The notes: generated by a model from the letters alone, not told the origin. A stretch of DNA of 64,000 bases from an uncultured Bacteroides sp. (GCA_964564465.1 CAZMAO010000005.1:4471-68470), one strand, 5' to 3'. Positions 20,980 to 31,758 are shown, counted from the first letter of the stretch. Numbers and translations are program-made.

Positions 20980-22329
20980 TCATTTCCCCTTTACATACTC
21001 GGAGGTTTTATCACAAACCATTCCCTCAAATATACCATGCATCTTCCTAACCGGTAAGTATGCATTTGGCGGAAGTTTTAATTCCGATTTTGGATTCAAT
21101 GACTCTATCTGATTAAACAGCCGAATGAGTGAACGGCCTATCGCCCAAGACAAATTAACCGGTACAGCATTCCCTATCTGTTTATATTTTGATGACAATG
21201 ATCCACAAAATTCCCATTCATCAGGAAATGTCTGAATTCGAGCATATTCTCTTACAGTAAGAGGACGTGTTTCTATAGGATGACATCTTTCCGTTTGCTT
21301 CTGTGCCGGCGCACATGTCAAAGTCAAACTTGCCTCATCCATTGACAACCTACGGGCCATACCGGTTTTTCCTCCGCCCAGCCTGTAACTTCCTTTCATA
21401 TATTCCTCTGCTATGTCCGAAGGTAAATCACGCCAGTTCCCACCTTCGGGCACTTTCTCCATAACGCTTACTTTTGAGTCCGGATATTTTTGTCCTTCAC
21501 TTGGCGGAACGTCTCTATCATACAAATCACCGGCAAAAAAAGCATCACGCAAAGTACGCAACTCACCACAAACCGATGGCCATTCAAATGAGACATGCGG
21601 AGCAATATCATTGCGTATTGCTATCATTATCAACCGTTCACGTTTTTGAGGAACATTATAAAGTATTGCTCTCAGAATATGTGGCTCTACCAAACTATAA
21701 CCAAGTTCCGCAATTACTGACTTAATCGTTTCAATTGTTCTTCCTCCATCATGTTCAAGCAGTCCCTTGACATTCTCCGCCATGAATACTTTTGGTTGAA
21801 TCTCCTTTACCGCCCGTGCCAATTCAAAAAACAGAGTACCACGCGTTTCTTCAAATCCAAGCCTTTTCCCTGCATAAGAAAAAGCCTGACAGGGGAAGCC
21901 TCCGGTAATAAAATCTATTTTACCACGATATGGAGTAAAATCCATATCATGAATGTCACCACGCACCACATTCCACTCCGGCATATTCTTATGCAGTGTA
22001 GCACACGCATCCTTATCCAGCTCATTAAGCAATACATGTCTAAAGCCAGCCTTATGCATACCCAATGCCAATCCTCCGGCTCCTGCAAACAATTCTATAG
22101 AAGTATATGCCCGCGCCGGTTTAACAATACTCTCTTCTTCCCATGAATTATTTAGCATCGATGCTATTTCCGGGAAAGAATATAATTCCGATGCAATGAA
22201 ATATTTTTTTCCGTTATTGTCAACATGCACAATACACCGGCCATTCGATACCCACTTTTCAACAGTGCTTTTCGAAACGCCTACAATATCAGCGAAATTA
22301 TTTAAAGATATATGTGTATCCTTGTTCAT
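20980..22329 (-). CDS. dcm: C5 DNA cytosine methyltransferase with N-terminal HTH (M.Eco47II-like)
   Basis: Motifs I FAGAGG, IV GGFPCQ, VI ENVKG, VIII QKRER, X QIGNAVP; ~70-aa N-terminal HTH-like segment; AT-rich. Confidence 0.93.
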   Translation of the reverse strand: MNKDTHISLNNFADIVGVSKSTVEKWVSNGRCIVHVDNNGKKYFIASELYSFPEIASMLNNSWEEESIVKPARAYTSIELFAGAGGLALGMHKAGFRHVLLNELDKDACATLHKNMPEWNVVRGDIHDMDFTPYRGKIDFITGGFPCQAFSYAGKRLGFEETRGTLFFELARAVKEIQPKVFMAENVKGLLEHDGGRTIETIKSVIAELGYSLVEPHILRAILYNVPQKRERLIMIAIRNDIAPHVSFEWPSVCGELRTLRDAFFAGDLYDRDVPPSEGQKYPDSKVSVMEKVPEGGNWRDLPSDIAEEYMKGSYRLGGGKTGMARRLSMDEASLTLTCAPAQKQTERCHPIETRPLTVREYARIQTFPDEWEFCGSLSSKYKQIGNAVPVNLSWAIGRSLIRLFNQIESLNPKSELKLPPNAYLPVRKMHGIFEGMVCDKTSEYVKGK

Positions 22330-23072
22330 TTATTTTTCAGATTATCAAAACCTTCATACGTAGAAAAAGCAAGAAGATAGAGACTCGTAAGAATATCTGC
22401 ATGCTCCTTTACAAGTTCTTCATAAACGGAATTCCTGAAAGCAAGCTTTGGATTATCGCTAACAACATCCTCTATTATTTTAGGCAAGGTTGCACATAAT
22501 TTGAAAAAAGCATCCTCAACTCCGAATACCAAAGCATAAAATTTATCCATTGACATCCTACGAATCTTTTTATGTACATGCGATTTACCACCAAGCGACA
22601 TTCGCCACGCATCATCGCGCGACCGTTTGGATATAACCTCAACAAGATAACAGGTCGCCTCATCATCTTCCAAAAGTTTACTCTGCATATTCATATAAGT
22701 CCTTTGTGATGACGATGAATTCATTGTATTGTGTTTATTCTTTATCTCTGCATAAATGTGAAGTCTTTCATTTTCAACATCAAACCCGGCCTTAGGTACA
22801 TTCCATCCGTTTTTAGCATATCGGAACAAATACTGATGAAAATATCCGATTTTGGTTGAATTTGACTTATCTATCTGACGAAAACATTCATCCTCAACAG
22901 CCTGTTGAATTGATTTACCATAAACTTTCGCATCAAACGTAAGTTTTATCGGATCTATTATATTTTCATTAAACTGTCCTAATGTTATTTCTCGACGATA
23001 TGCCTCCACCGTATTTTTGACATGTTCGTAGATATCCACATCGGAAATAAAACCGAGATTATATTCATTCAT
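22326..23072 (-). CDS. Type II restriction endonuclease, Eco47II family
   Basis: IIDPIKLTFD, RQIDKSNSTKIGYFHQ, FDV..EIKNKHNTMNSSS PD-(D/E)xK-like core; 4-nt overlap with the MTase gene. Confidence 0.85.
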   Translation of the reverse strand: MNEYNLGFISDVDIYEHVKNTVEAYRREITLGQFNENIIDPIKLTFDAKVYGKSIQQAVEDECFRQIDKSNSTKIGYFHQYLFRYAKNGWNVPKAGFDVENERLHIYAEIKNKHNTMNSSSSQRTYMNMQSKLLEDDEATCYLVEVISKRSRDDAWRMSLGGKSHVHKKIRRMSMDKFYALVFGVEDAFFKLCATLPKIIEDVVSDNPKLAFRNSVYEELVKEHADILTSLYLLAFSTYEGFDNLKNK

Positions 23073-23104
23073 TATTTAGACTTGATTTAGTTTAACAAGC
23101 AACG

Positions 23105-23112
23105 CAAAATTA
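23105..23112 (-). promoter_or_regulatory. -7 promoter element upstream of the R-M/namZ/trmD gene string
   Basis: TAATTTTG on the minus strand, ~32 nt upstream of the REase start. Confidence 0.5.
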
Positions 23113-23189
23113 GCAAATTGCCGTGCAATTCTCCAACCCTACACTGTTAACAGAAGTTAATAAACCGGAATGTGTTTTGCCGGACATCA

Positions 23190-25943
23190 TCAATGAGCCT
23201 GAAGCCAGTTTTCACCGGTGCCAATCGAAACCTCCAATGGAACACTTCCACGGAAAGCACGCTCCATAAACCGCTTAACCAGTTCTGTTAGTTCTTCAAG
23301 CTCCTCAGGAACAACATTAAACACAAGTTCGTCATGCACTTGCATAATCATGGTTGAACGCATTTGCCGCCGTTCCATTTCAGCGGTTATATTCACCATA
23401 GCAAGCTTTATTATGTCGGCGGCCGATCCCTGAAGCGGAGCATTGATGGCATTTCGCTCGGCATAACCCCTGACAACAGAATTACGGCTGTTTATATCAG
23501 GCAACATGCGCCGACGTCCCATCACCGTAGTAACATAACCTTGCTCACGTGCGGTTTCAACCGAACGCTCCATGTAGGCCTTCACTCCGGGATAAGTCCG
23601 GAAGTAACCTTCTATCAAAGCTTTAGATTCGCTACGAGGAATTCCGAGACGCTCCGAAAGTCCGAATGCCGAAATGCCGTAAATAATTCCGAAATTAGCC
23701 GTCTTTGCATTTCGGCGTTGCGTGTCGGTTACATCATCTATTAATTCATGATAAATTTTGGCGGCGGTAGCCCTATGAAAATCAGCCCCGCACAAAAAAG
23801 CCTCGATCATGCCCCGGTCTGCCGACATATCCGCCATCAGACGCAGTTCGATCTGACTGTAATCAGCCGACAGCATCACATTCCCGGCATCTGGAATAAA
23901 AGCCCGCCTGATTTCCTTGCCATCATCGCTGCGTATGGGTATATTCTGCAGATTCGGATTAGTCGATGAAATTCTGCCGGTTGCCGTGACGGTTTGATTA
24001 TATGATGTGTGAATTTTCCCGTCCGTCGGATTCACAAGGGCAGGCAATGCGTCGATATATGTTGCTAGCAACTTTCTCAAGGCACGAATCCGCAGAATAA
24101 GATCTACAAGAGGAACATTATTGCGATATTTCTCCAGCACCTCCTCGGTAGTGGAATATGCCCCTCTCTTTGTTCTCTTTGCCTTAGGATCGATTTTCAA
24201 ACGTTCGAACAGAATTTCGCCCACCTGCATGGGCGAGGCAATGTTGAAACGCGTTCCGGCCATGGCATAAGCATCCTCCTCCATGCGGGCAAGTCTTTCA
24301 CCGTAGCGTCGCGACAACTCATTGAGTTCATCCACATTAACCCTCACGCCATTCCACTCCATTTTTGCAAGAACACTCACCAGCGGCATTTCCACCTGCA
24401 TCATCAGCGGAGCAAGCCCGTCACGGTCAATCATTGCCCGGAGTTTTGGCAAAAGCTCGAGGGCTATGCATGCGCTTTCACATGCGGCATCAACATTCGG
24501 AGCGCATAAACCTTTAGGCAGTTTGGGTTCGGCAAGCATTTCATAATCAAGATAACGCGACGCCAGCACCGGCAATTCATGCTTCATTTCCGGTTCGATA
24601 AGATAGTGCGCCACTCCTACATCAAAATAACTGCTTTCAAACGTAATCCCCTCACGCCTCAGCAGAATCATCACACGCTTTATATCACCTCCTGCAACCT
24701 CGGGAGCACCGGAAACAAACAACGGCTGAAGGGCAGCAAGCACCTCACGTCGCCGGGAAACATCCGCTGGAAGAGCAACATAGAACGCCTCGGAAGGTGA
24801 AGTTGCCACAGCGATGCCGCACAACGAACTTGTCATGGCTTCCATACTTCCCTGACAGGAAGGCGAAACGGCTATCTCCTTTTTCTTAAAAGCCTTCTCA
24901 ACGGCCTGAGCAACCTCAGCCGGCGTGCTGACAATCCTGTAATCGTGATTTGAGGTTGAAAGAGTGCGGAATATATTGAGGGATGGTGTCGACGGCTCCG
25001 GCGCATCGAAATCAAACAATGAACCCTGGGCGGAACTGCTTTTTATCTCCTTCTCGGCCACATCAGCCCCACCGGTAAGTTTCTTTATGAATGAACGGAA
25101 CTCAAGTTCACGATAAATTCCTATAAGAGCCTCCACATTTTCAGGTCTGCGCTCAAGCTGTTGAAGTGTAACGCCCTCCAGTGGCACCTCTGTGCAGATA
25201 GTGACAAGCCGTTTGGAAAACAATATCTGTTCAACATTCTCCTCAATCTTCTTTTTCAGCGCACCTTTGAGCTTTGAAACATTAGCAATAAGATTCTCCA
25301 CAGAGCCGAACTCGGCTATCAGCTTCACTGCCGTTTTCTCACCCACGCCCGGACAGCCGGGAATATTATCGGAAGCATCACCTTCAAGCGCAAGCAGATC
25401 AATAACCTGCTCGGTGCGCTCAATTCCATAACGCTCACATACCTGACGCGGACCCCGTATTTCAAAACCCTCGCCACGCAAAGCCGGACGATACATGAAC
25501 ACATGCTCGGTAACCAGCTGTCCGTAATCCTTGTCCGGAGTCATCATGTAGGTGGTAAATCCCTCCGCTTCGGCCATCCGGCTTAACGTGCCTATAACAT
25601 CGTCGGCCTCATAGCCTTCACGTTCTATCACCGGAATGTTGTATGCCTGGAGTATCCTTTTTATGTAAGGGATAGCTGCAGTTATATCTTCAGGCTGTTT
25701 TTCACGCTGAGCCTTATATTCAGCATATTCCCGATGACGGAAAGTGGGACCTGAAGGATCGAAACAAACCGCTATGTGCGTGGGATTTTCCCGTTTAAGC
25801 AATTCATCGAGCGTGTTGCAGAAACCGAATACAGCCGATGTGTTGAACCCCTTGGAGGTTATACGGGGAGCCCGGATCAGAGCATAGTAGGCACGATAAA
25901 TCAGAGCATAGGCATCCAAAAGGAACAGGCGTTTTTCTTCCAT
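23190..25943 (-). CDS. polA: DNA polymerase I
   Basis: 5'-3' exonuclease (LLDAYALIYRAYY, EADDVIG), polymerase motifs TGRISSTNPNLQNIP, ADYSQIELR, KTANFGIIYG, QVHDEL; start at MEEKRLF. Confidence 0.97.
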   Translation of the reverse strand: MEEKRLFLLDAYALIYRAYYALIRAPRITSKGFNTSAVFGFCNTLDELLKRENPTHIAVCFDPSGPTFRHREYAEYKAQREKQPEDITAAIPYIKRILQAYNIPVIEREGYEADDVIGTLSRMAEAEGFTTYMMTPDKDYGQLVTEHVFMYRPALRGEGFEIRGPRQVCERYGIERTEQVIDLLALEGDASDNIPGCPGVGEKTAVKLIAEFGSVENLIANVSKLKGALKKKIEENVEQILFSKRLVTICTEVPLEGVTLQQLERRPENVEALIGIYRELEFRSFIKKLTGGADVAEKEIKSSSAQGSLFDFDAPEPSTPSLNIFRTLSTSNHDYRIVSTPAEVAQAVEKAFKKKEIAVSPSCQGSMEAMTSSLCGIAVATSPSEAFYVALPADVSRRREVLAALQPLFVSGAPEVAGGDIKRVMILLRREGITFESSYFDVGVAHYLIEPEMKHELPVLASRYLDYEMLAEPKLPKGLCAPNVDAACESACIALELLPKLRAMIDRDGLAPLMMQVEMPLVSVLAKMEWNGVRVNVDELNELSRRYGERLARMEEDAYAMAGTRFNIASPMQVGEILFERLKIDPKAKRTKRGAYSTTEEVLEKYRNNVPLVDLILRIRALRKLLATYIDALPALVNPTDGKIHTSYNQTVTATGRISSTNPNLQNIPIRSDDGKEIRRAFIPDAGNVMLSADYSQIELRLMADMSADRGMIEAFLCGADFHRATAAKIYHELIDDVTDTQRRNAKTANFGIIYGISAFGLSERLGIPRSESKALIEGYFRTYPGVKAYMERSVETAREQGYVTTVMGRRRMLPDINSRNSVVRGYAERNAINAPLQGSAADIIKLAMVNITAEMERRQMRSTMIMQVHDELVFNVVPEELEELTELVKRFMERAFRGSVPLEVSIGTGENWLQAH

Positions 25944-26028
25944 GTGCAATAAGTTTGGGCATAAAGTTAGCCATTTTTTCCTTATTGAAAAGGAAAAAAG
26001 TAGTAACTTTGTGCAAAATACTGGAATC

Positions 26029-26910
26029 ATGGCTCACACATTATCCCACGAAGCCCTGCTGGCGCAACTGACCGCGCAACTGTCGTCGAGAGAATCATTG
26101 CAATGCATGTGTCACATGCGATTGCGTGGTGAACCATTACCCAAAGAAGGTGCCATCGAACGGATTGCCCTGCTGGGGCGCCGGCTTATATTTCCCGGAT
26201 TCTTCGGTGAAAGCGCCATTACGGAGCAGAATCTTCCTCATCGCGTAGGGCTTGCCCTGGAGGAACTCCACACTCTGCTCACAGACCAGATTATTGCCGG
26301 ATTATGTTTCCGCGACTGCGGTTCCGTTCCTGTTCACCAACAGCGTCAGGAGGCTGAAGACATCACATTCCGCTTCATGCAGGCACTCCCTGAAATGCGC
26401 CGCATTCTTGCCACCGACGTTCGTGCCACATATCTCGGCGATCCGGCCGCGATATCAACCGACGAAGTGGTTTTCTGCTATCCCGGCATACGCGCCACCG
26501 CCCTGCACCGCATTGCCAACTGCCTGCACCGCATGGGAGTGCCGGTTATTCCGCGCATGATTTCAGAACTCGCCCACCGCGAAACTGGCATTGACATACA
26601 TCCGGCCGCCACAATAGGCGAAAGTTTCACCATTGACCATGGCACGGGTGTTGTTATCGGCGCCACTTCAATCATAGGAAACCATGTTAAAATTTATCAG
26701 GGTGTAACACTCGGCGCTCGATCCTTCCCAACCGATCAGGACAATAATCCCGTAAAAATGATTCCGCGTCATCCGATAATTGAAGACGATGTGATTATCT
26801 ACAGCAACGCATCAATTCTCGGCCGAATCACCGTTGGACGCGGAGCGGTTATAGGAGGTAATGTGTGGGTTACTGAAAATGTGGAACCGGGAGCCAGAAT
26901 TCTTCAATAA
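26029..26910 (+). CDS. cysE: Serine O-acetyltransferase
   Basis: GDPAA, YPG, GIDIHPAATIG, IDHGTGVVIG, YQGVTLG, RHP; TAACTTTG -7 element at 26004-26011. Confidence 0.92.
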   Translation: MAHTLSHEALLAQLTAQLSSRESLQCMCHMRLRGEPLPKEGAIERIALLGRRLIFPGFFGESAITEQNLPHRVGLALEELHTLLTDQIIAGLCFRDCGSVPVHQQRQEAEDITFRFMQALPEMRRILATDVRATYLGDPAAISTDEVVFCYPGIRATALHRIANCLHRMGVPVIPRMISELAHRETGIDIHPAATIGESFTIDHGTGVVIGATSIIGNHVKIYQGVTLGARSFPTDQDNNPVKMIPRHPIIEDDVIIYSNASILGRITVGRGAVIGGNVWVTENVEPGARILQ

Positions 26911-26936
26911 ACGAAATAAAAATCATAACAGCATAT

Positions 26937-28445
26937 ATGGACAACAACTTCGAAATGGTGGCAAAAACCTTCCAGGGACTGGAAGATGTATTGGCCGAGG
27001 AACTTCGCAATCTCGGTGCTGTAAACGTTCAGCCCGGACGCCGCATGGTGGAATTTCAAGGCGACCTCGCTATGCTTTACCGTGCAAACATGTGTTGCCG
27101 CACCGCCCTCCGCATACTTAAGCCAATCTACAAATTCACCGCCTCCACACCCGACCAGCTGTATGAACTGGCAAAAGAATTCGACTGGACACGGGTGTTG
27201 TCGCTCGACAAGACTTTTTCAATCGACACCGTTGCCAATTCCGATGAATTTACCCATTCACGCTACGTAACATACAGGGTTAAGGATGCTATTGTCGATT
27301 TCTTTGCCGACCGTTTCGGCCCGGAAAGCCGTCCGCGCGTACGCCTTCAGGATGCAGATGTTCGCATAAACGTGCATATTGCCGGTGAAAGGATAACCAT
27401 TTCGCTTGATTCATCGGGCGAATCGCTCCATAAGCGCGGCTATCGTGTGGCACAGACAGAAGCTCCCATCAACGAAGTTCTTGCCGCAGGCATAATTATG
27501 AAAAGCGGATGGCGAGGCGAATGCGACTTTGTCGACCCTATGTGCGGAAGCGGAACATTTCTGTGCGAAGCGGCCATGATTGCACGCGGCATAAATCCCG
27601 GTGTTTACCGCCGTCATTTCGCATTCGAGTCATGGCCCGACTTCGACGGCGAAATTTTCGACAGAATTTATAACGACGATTCCGCCGAACGTCCGTTCAA
27701 TTTCAAAATCTACGGTGCCGACATCTCACCGAAAGCTGTAGCCATAGCGCGTGACAACCTTAAGAGCGCCGGACTTGCAAAAGATGTTGACCTGAAAGTT
27801 TGCCCTATATCCCAATGGTCGGAAGCCCCGTCGGCCGAAGGCGTGCTTATAACAAATCCGCCTTACGGCGAACGAATCAGCACCGACGACATGGAAGGCC
27901 TTTATTCAACCATAGGCACAGTTTTCAAAAACGTTTTCAAAGGATGGCATTGCTGGGTGATTGGCTACAGAAAGGAATATTTCGCAAAAATCGGACTTTC
28001 ACCATCGCTTAAACTGGCTCTTAAAAACGGAGCTCTCGACTGTGAACTGCGCGAATATGTCATATTCGACGGCAGTTATGCCGATTTCCGTGCCGAAGGT
28101 GGTTCTATCCGCCGCGAAAAGGAAAACGATGCCGCTCAGAAATCAAAACGTGTAAGCGACAAGGAATGGCGCGACGGTGCCCGCCGAAACGGATTCGGAG
28201 GGAAAAAAGCCCGCGAACTCAAGCGTTCGGGTGCATCGAGGAATCTGCTTGCCGAAAAATATAAACCGAAAGGCAAGCGATTTGCCGACAGTGTCAAGGA
28301 TGCACCAAACCCCGAGCCGTCGGAAAATCCGCTCGCAGCAAAGCGCAATGTCCACGCGCTCGATTCAATAATAAACCGCAAACCGAATCTTCCGCCGCAG
28401 CAAGGTCCGCTGATGCGTCCGCGCCGTGGCTGGAAAAAGAACTGA
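26937..28445 (+). CDS. THUMP-domain SAM-dependent rRNA methyltransferase (RlmL/YpsC-like) with basic C-terminal tail
   Basis: THUMP domain, SLHKRGYR, DPMCGSGT, NPPYGER. Confidence 0.88.
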   Translation: MDNNFEMVAKTFQGLEDVLAEELRNLGAVNVQPGRRMVEFQGDLAMLYRANMCCRTALRILKPIYKFTASTPDQLYELAKEFDWTRVLSLDKTFSIDTVANSDEFTHSRYVTYRVKDAIVDFFADRFGPESRPRVRLQDADVRINVHIAGERITISLDSSGESLHKRGYRVAQTEAPINEVLAAGIIMKSGWRGECDFVDPMCGSGTFLCEAAMIARGINPGVYRRHFAFESWPDFDGEIFDRIYNDDSAERPFNFKIYGADISPKAVAIARDNLKSAGLAKDVDLKVCPISQWSEAPSAEGVLITNPPYGERISTDDMEGLYSTIGTVFKNVFKGWHCWVIGYRKEYFAKIGLSPSLKLALKNGALDCELREYVIFDGSYADFRAEGGSIRREKENDAAQKSKRVSDKEWRDGARRNGFGGKKARELKRSGASRNLLAEKYKPKGKRFADSVKDAPNPEPSENPLAAKRNVHALDSIINRKPNLPPQQGPLMRPRRGWKKN

Positions 28446-28459
28446 CAAATATAACCAGA

Positions 28460-29737
28460 ATGAACATCCTGCTACTTGGAAGCGGCGGACGCGAATGCGC
28501 TCTCGCCTGGAAAATGAGTAAAAGTGACAAACTTAACAACCTGTTCATAGCCCCGGGCAATGGAGGGACAGGCGCCTATGGCACCAACGTGAACATATCG
28601 CCCCTTGACTTTGCGGCGGTTGAAAAATTCATTGTGGAAAACGGCATAGATATGCTGGTGGTTGGAAACGAAGACCCGCTGGTGGCCGGTATCCGCGATT
28701 ATTTTTCCAAAAAGCTCCCCGATCTGCTCATTGTAGGGCCTGACAGCAAAGGCGCCGCTCTTGAAGGAAGCAAGGATTTCGCCAAACGGTTCATGGAACG
28801 CCATGCCATTCCCACAGCCCGCTTTGCCAGCTTCACCGCGGAAACAATTAACGACGGATACAAATTTCTCGAAAGCCTTCAACCGCCGTATGTCCTTAAA
28901 GCTGACGGTCTGGCCGCAGGCAAAGGCGTGCTGATTGTTCCCACACTCGATGAGGCCAAGGAATCGCTAAAGGAAATGCTGGCAGGTCAGTTCGGCAAAT
29001 CAAGCTCCACGGTTGTAATCGAAGAATTTCTCAGCGGAATAGAATGTTCGGTATTCGCGCTTACCGACGGCAACGGCAACTACCGTGTGCTTCCTGTTGC
29101 TAAAGACTACAAACGCATAGGCGAAGGCGACACCGGGCTGAACACCGGAGGAATGGGAGCCGTGTCGCCTGTTCCGTTCGCCGACAATGAATTCATGCAG
29201 AAAGTCACCGACCGCATAATCGAGCCCACGGTCAAAGGTCTTATAAACGAGGGAATTGACTACAGGGGATTTATATTCCTCGGCCTAATCAACGTTGCCG
29301 GTAATCCGATGGTGATAGAATACAATGTGCGCATGGGCGATCCTGAAACAGAAGCCGTGATGATGCGCATTGACTCCGATCTTGTCGAGGCACTTGAAGC
29401 TGCCGCACGCGGTTCGCTAAACAATGTAGAGCTTAAGCAGAGTCCGCTCGTCGCCGCAACAGTCATGATGGTTAGCGGAGGTTATCCGGGCAGCTACCGC
29501 AAAGGAATGTTGATTGAGGGACTTGACAATGTTACCGCAAGCACTGTTTTCCACGCAGGCACATCCGTGAACGACAATGGTGAAACAGTTACATCAGGAG
29601 GCCGTGTTCTTGCCGTAAGTTCTTTAGGCACCGACATGGCCGAAGCGCTTGCAAAAAGCTTCGATTCCGTATCGAAAATCAATTTTGAAGGAGCCTACTG
29701 GCGTCGCGACATAGGCGCCGACCTTATGAAGCTATAA
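28460..29737 (+). CDS. purD: Phosphoribosylamine--glycine ligase
   Basis: GSGGRECAL, LEGSKDFAK, KADGLAAGKGV, NTGGMGA, RMGDPE, TSGGRVL. Confidence 0.97.
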   Translation: MNILLLGSGGRECALAWKMSKSDKLNNLFIAPGNGGTGAYGTNVNISPLDFAAVEKFIVENGIDMLVVGNEDPLVAGIRDYFSKKLPDLLIVGPDSKGAALEGSKDFAKRFMERHAIPTARFASFTAETINDGYKFLESLQPPYVLKADGLAAGKGVLIVPTLDEAKESLKEMLAGQFGKSSSTVVIEEFLSGIECSVFALTDGNGNYRVLPVAKDYKRIGEGDTGLNTGGMGAVSPVPFADNEFMQKVTDRIIEPTVKGLINEGIDYRGFIFLGLINVAGNPMVIEYNVRMGDPETEAVMMRIDSDLVEALEAAARGSLNNVELKQSPLVAATVMMVSGGYPGSYRKGMLIEGLDNVTASTVFHAGTSVNDNGETVTSGGRVLAVSSLGTDMAEALAKSFDSVSKINFEGAYWRRDIGADLMKL

Positions 29738-29746
29738 CCTGATTCG

Positions 29747-30739
29747 ATGCACGCCGGGGAAGTAAAAATAAGCCGTTTCCTGAACAGCCGACCGTTTGCG
29801 GTCATAACCGTTATGGTAGGACTGGTTCTGGCATCGATAGGTGCAGAACAGTCGGCTTATGTTCCCGGCCTGTCGGAAGGTGGATTCGTATTTCCGTCGC
29901 CCGACGTCTGGTTTCGCGCAGGCACAGTCAGAGTTCTGCTTAACATTCTGCTGCTCATAGCCAACATACTGATGCTGGAGGAACTGAACCGCAACTTCAA
30001 TCTTCTGCGCACCTCCTCACTGCTTTTTCTTGCCATATTCTCAGTGATGGAGTGCGCCACCCCATCAATTGTAGGAGAACTTACGTCGGGTCTGTTACTG
30101 AATCTCACCGTTTTGGGAATAATGGCGACATTCTACACCCTCTATCAGCAACCCGGCCTTACCCGCCGTGTTTTTCTTTGTTACTTCATGCTGTCTGCAC
30201 TATGCATGTGCGACTACATCTATGTAATCTACATTCTTGCCTTTTTACCCGCTTTCAGCCAAATGCGCGTGAACTCGTCGAGAATGATGCTGGCAGTGCT
30301 TCTGGGAATCATAACTCCGTGGTGGATTGTTTGGGCCGGCGGTCTGATGCCCGCATCAGCTCCACACATGCCTGACATGTCGACCCTTTTCGACGCCAAC
30401 AACGGAAATCCGCAGGAAAGAATAGTAACTATCTGCACGGTTGGAATAACGGTGATTTTCTGTTTTCTGCTAAGTGTGATAAACATGATCAATATTTACG
30501 CCTACAATGCGAAATCGCGTGCATTCGGAGGCCTTCTCACCACACTTTCCCTGATAACAGCCCTGGCCACTCTGGTAAATTTTGCAAACGCAACGCACTA
30601 TCTTTCACTGCTTAACTGCCTGACGGCATTGCAATTCGGACTTTTTTTCCGAAGCAACGAGAACCGAAGGGCATATCTGCTTGTTATAACTTCAATGGCT
30701 ATCTACATTTCACTATTCATCTTTAACATGATGATATGA
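29747..30739 (+). CDS. Polytopic membrane protein (DUF6427-like)
   Basis: About nine hydrophobic helices; lies downstream of purD. Confidence 0.65.
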   Translation: MHAGEVKISRFLNSRPFAVITVMVGLVLASIGAEQSAYVPGLSEGGFVFPSPDVWFRAGTVRVLLNILLLIANILMLEELNRNFNLLRTSSLLFLAIFSVMECATPSIVGELTSGLLLNLTVLGIMATFYTLYQQPGLTRRVFLCYFMLSALCMCDYIYVIYILAFLPAFSQMRVNSSRMMLAVLLGIITPWWIVWAGGLMPASAPHMPDMSTLFDANNGNPQERIVTICTVGITVIFCFLLSVINMINIYAYNAKSRAFGGLLTTLSLITALATLVNFANATHYLSLLNCLTALQFGLFFRSNENRRAYLLVITSMAIYISLFIFNMMI

Positions 30740-31743
30740 ACATTGTAGTTGAGAGTAATATTCCCTACATAAAGGGTGTTTTCGAACCGATGGCCAACGT
30801 ACGTTACCTCGCTCCGGAACATATCGATGCCGACGCATTGCGCGACACCGATGCTTTTGTCACGCGCACACGTACGAAATGTAACGAAGCCTTGCTGAAG
30901 GATAGCAAGTGTAAAATAATTGCTTCGGCAACCATAGGCCTCGACCATGTTGACACCGAATGGTGTAAAAATCACGGCATTGTAGTGGCAAATGCTCCAG
31001 GATGTAACGCGCCGGCTGTGGCGCAATATGTTTTACGGGCCATCATTGAACTGCTTGGCGAAAAATCACTTGAAGGTTTGAATCTTGGAATTGTAGGCGT
31101 TGGAAACGTCGGCAAGACAGTCGAGAAGTGGAGCCGCGGCTTCGGAATGAATCTCCTTCTTTGCGATCCCCCGCGTGCGGAAAAAGAGGGTGCGGAACAG
31201 TTCAACACACTTTCCGAACTGGCTGAGAAAGCCGATGTAATCACTTTCCATACCCCCCTCACCGAAACAGGCAATCACCCCACCTATCATCTTGCCGACG
31301 AAAAATTCTTCCGGTCGCTCAAACGCAAGCCTATCATAATAAATTCATCGAGGGGTGCGGTTGTTGACAACACCACACTTACAGAAGCCATCGAAAACGG
31401 ACTCGTGACAGATGCAGTGATCGACTGCTGGGAAAACGAACCGGAAATAAATAAAAGACTTCTTGAACTGACAGCTATTGCAACTCCGCATATAGCCGGA
31501 TATTCCGCATCGGGCAAAATCCGAGCTACACAGATGGCAGTCGAAGCGATATGCCGACATTTCAACTTGCCGGCTCCTGAACTTCCCGCTCCGGCTCCGG
31601 CAACGGTTCCTGACACGGTAACAGCCCGCCAGCTCATTGAAACCTACGACATAAAAGCTGATTCCGACGCATTAAGAATATGTCCGTCACATTTTGAAAA
31701 GATGCGAAATCACTATAATCTCCGGAAAGAACCAAACGAATAA
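30736..31743 (+). CDS. pdxB: 4-phosphoerythronate dehydrogenase
   Basis: TRTRT, ATIGLDHVD, NAPGCNA, GVGNVG, FHTPL, DCWENEP, TPHIAGYS. Confidence 0.93.
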   Translation: MNIVVESNIPYIKGVFEPMANVRYLAPEHIDADALRDTDAFVTRTRTKCNEALLKDSKCKIIASATIGLDHVDTEWCKNHGIVVANAPGCNAPAVAQYVLRAIIELLGEKSLEGLNLGIVGVGNVGKTVEKWSRGFGMNLLLCDPPRAEKEGAEQFNTLSELAEKADVITFHTPLTETGNHPTYHLADEKFFRSLKRKPIIINSSRGAVVDNTTLTEAIENGLVTDAVIDCWENEPEINKRLLELTAIATPHIAGYSASGKIRATQMAVEAICRHFNLPAPELPAPAPATVPDTVTARQLIETYDIKADSDALRICPSHFEKMRNHYNLRKEPNE

Positions 31744-31758
31744 AAACGTCACTATCAT

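Noticed and set aside
25942-26030. Overlapping N-terminal extensions of polA and cysE in the ORF track
   Set aside because: Homology-consistent starts are 25943 (polA) and 26029 (cysE); the gap is a divergent promoter region.
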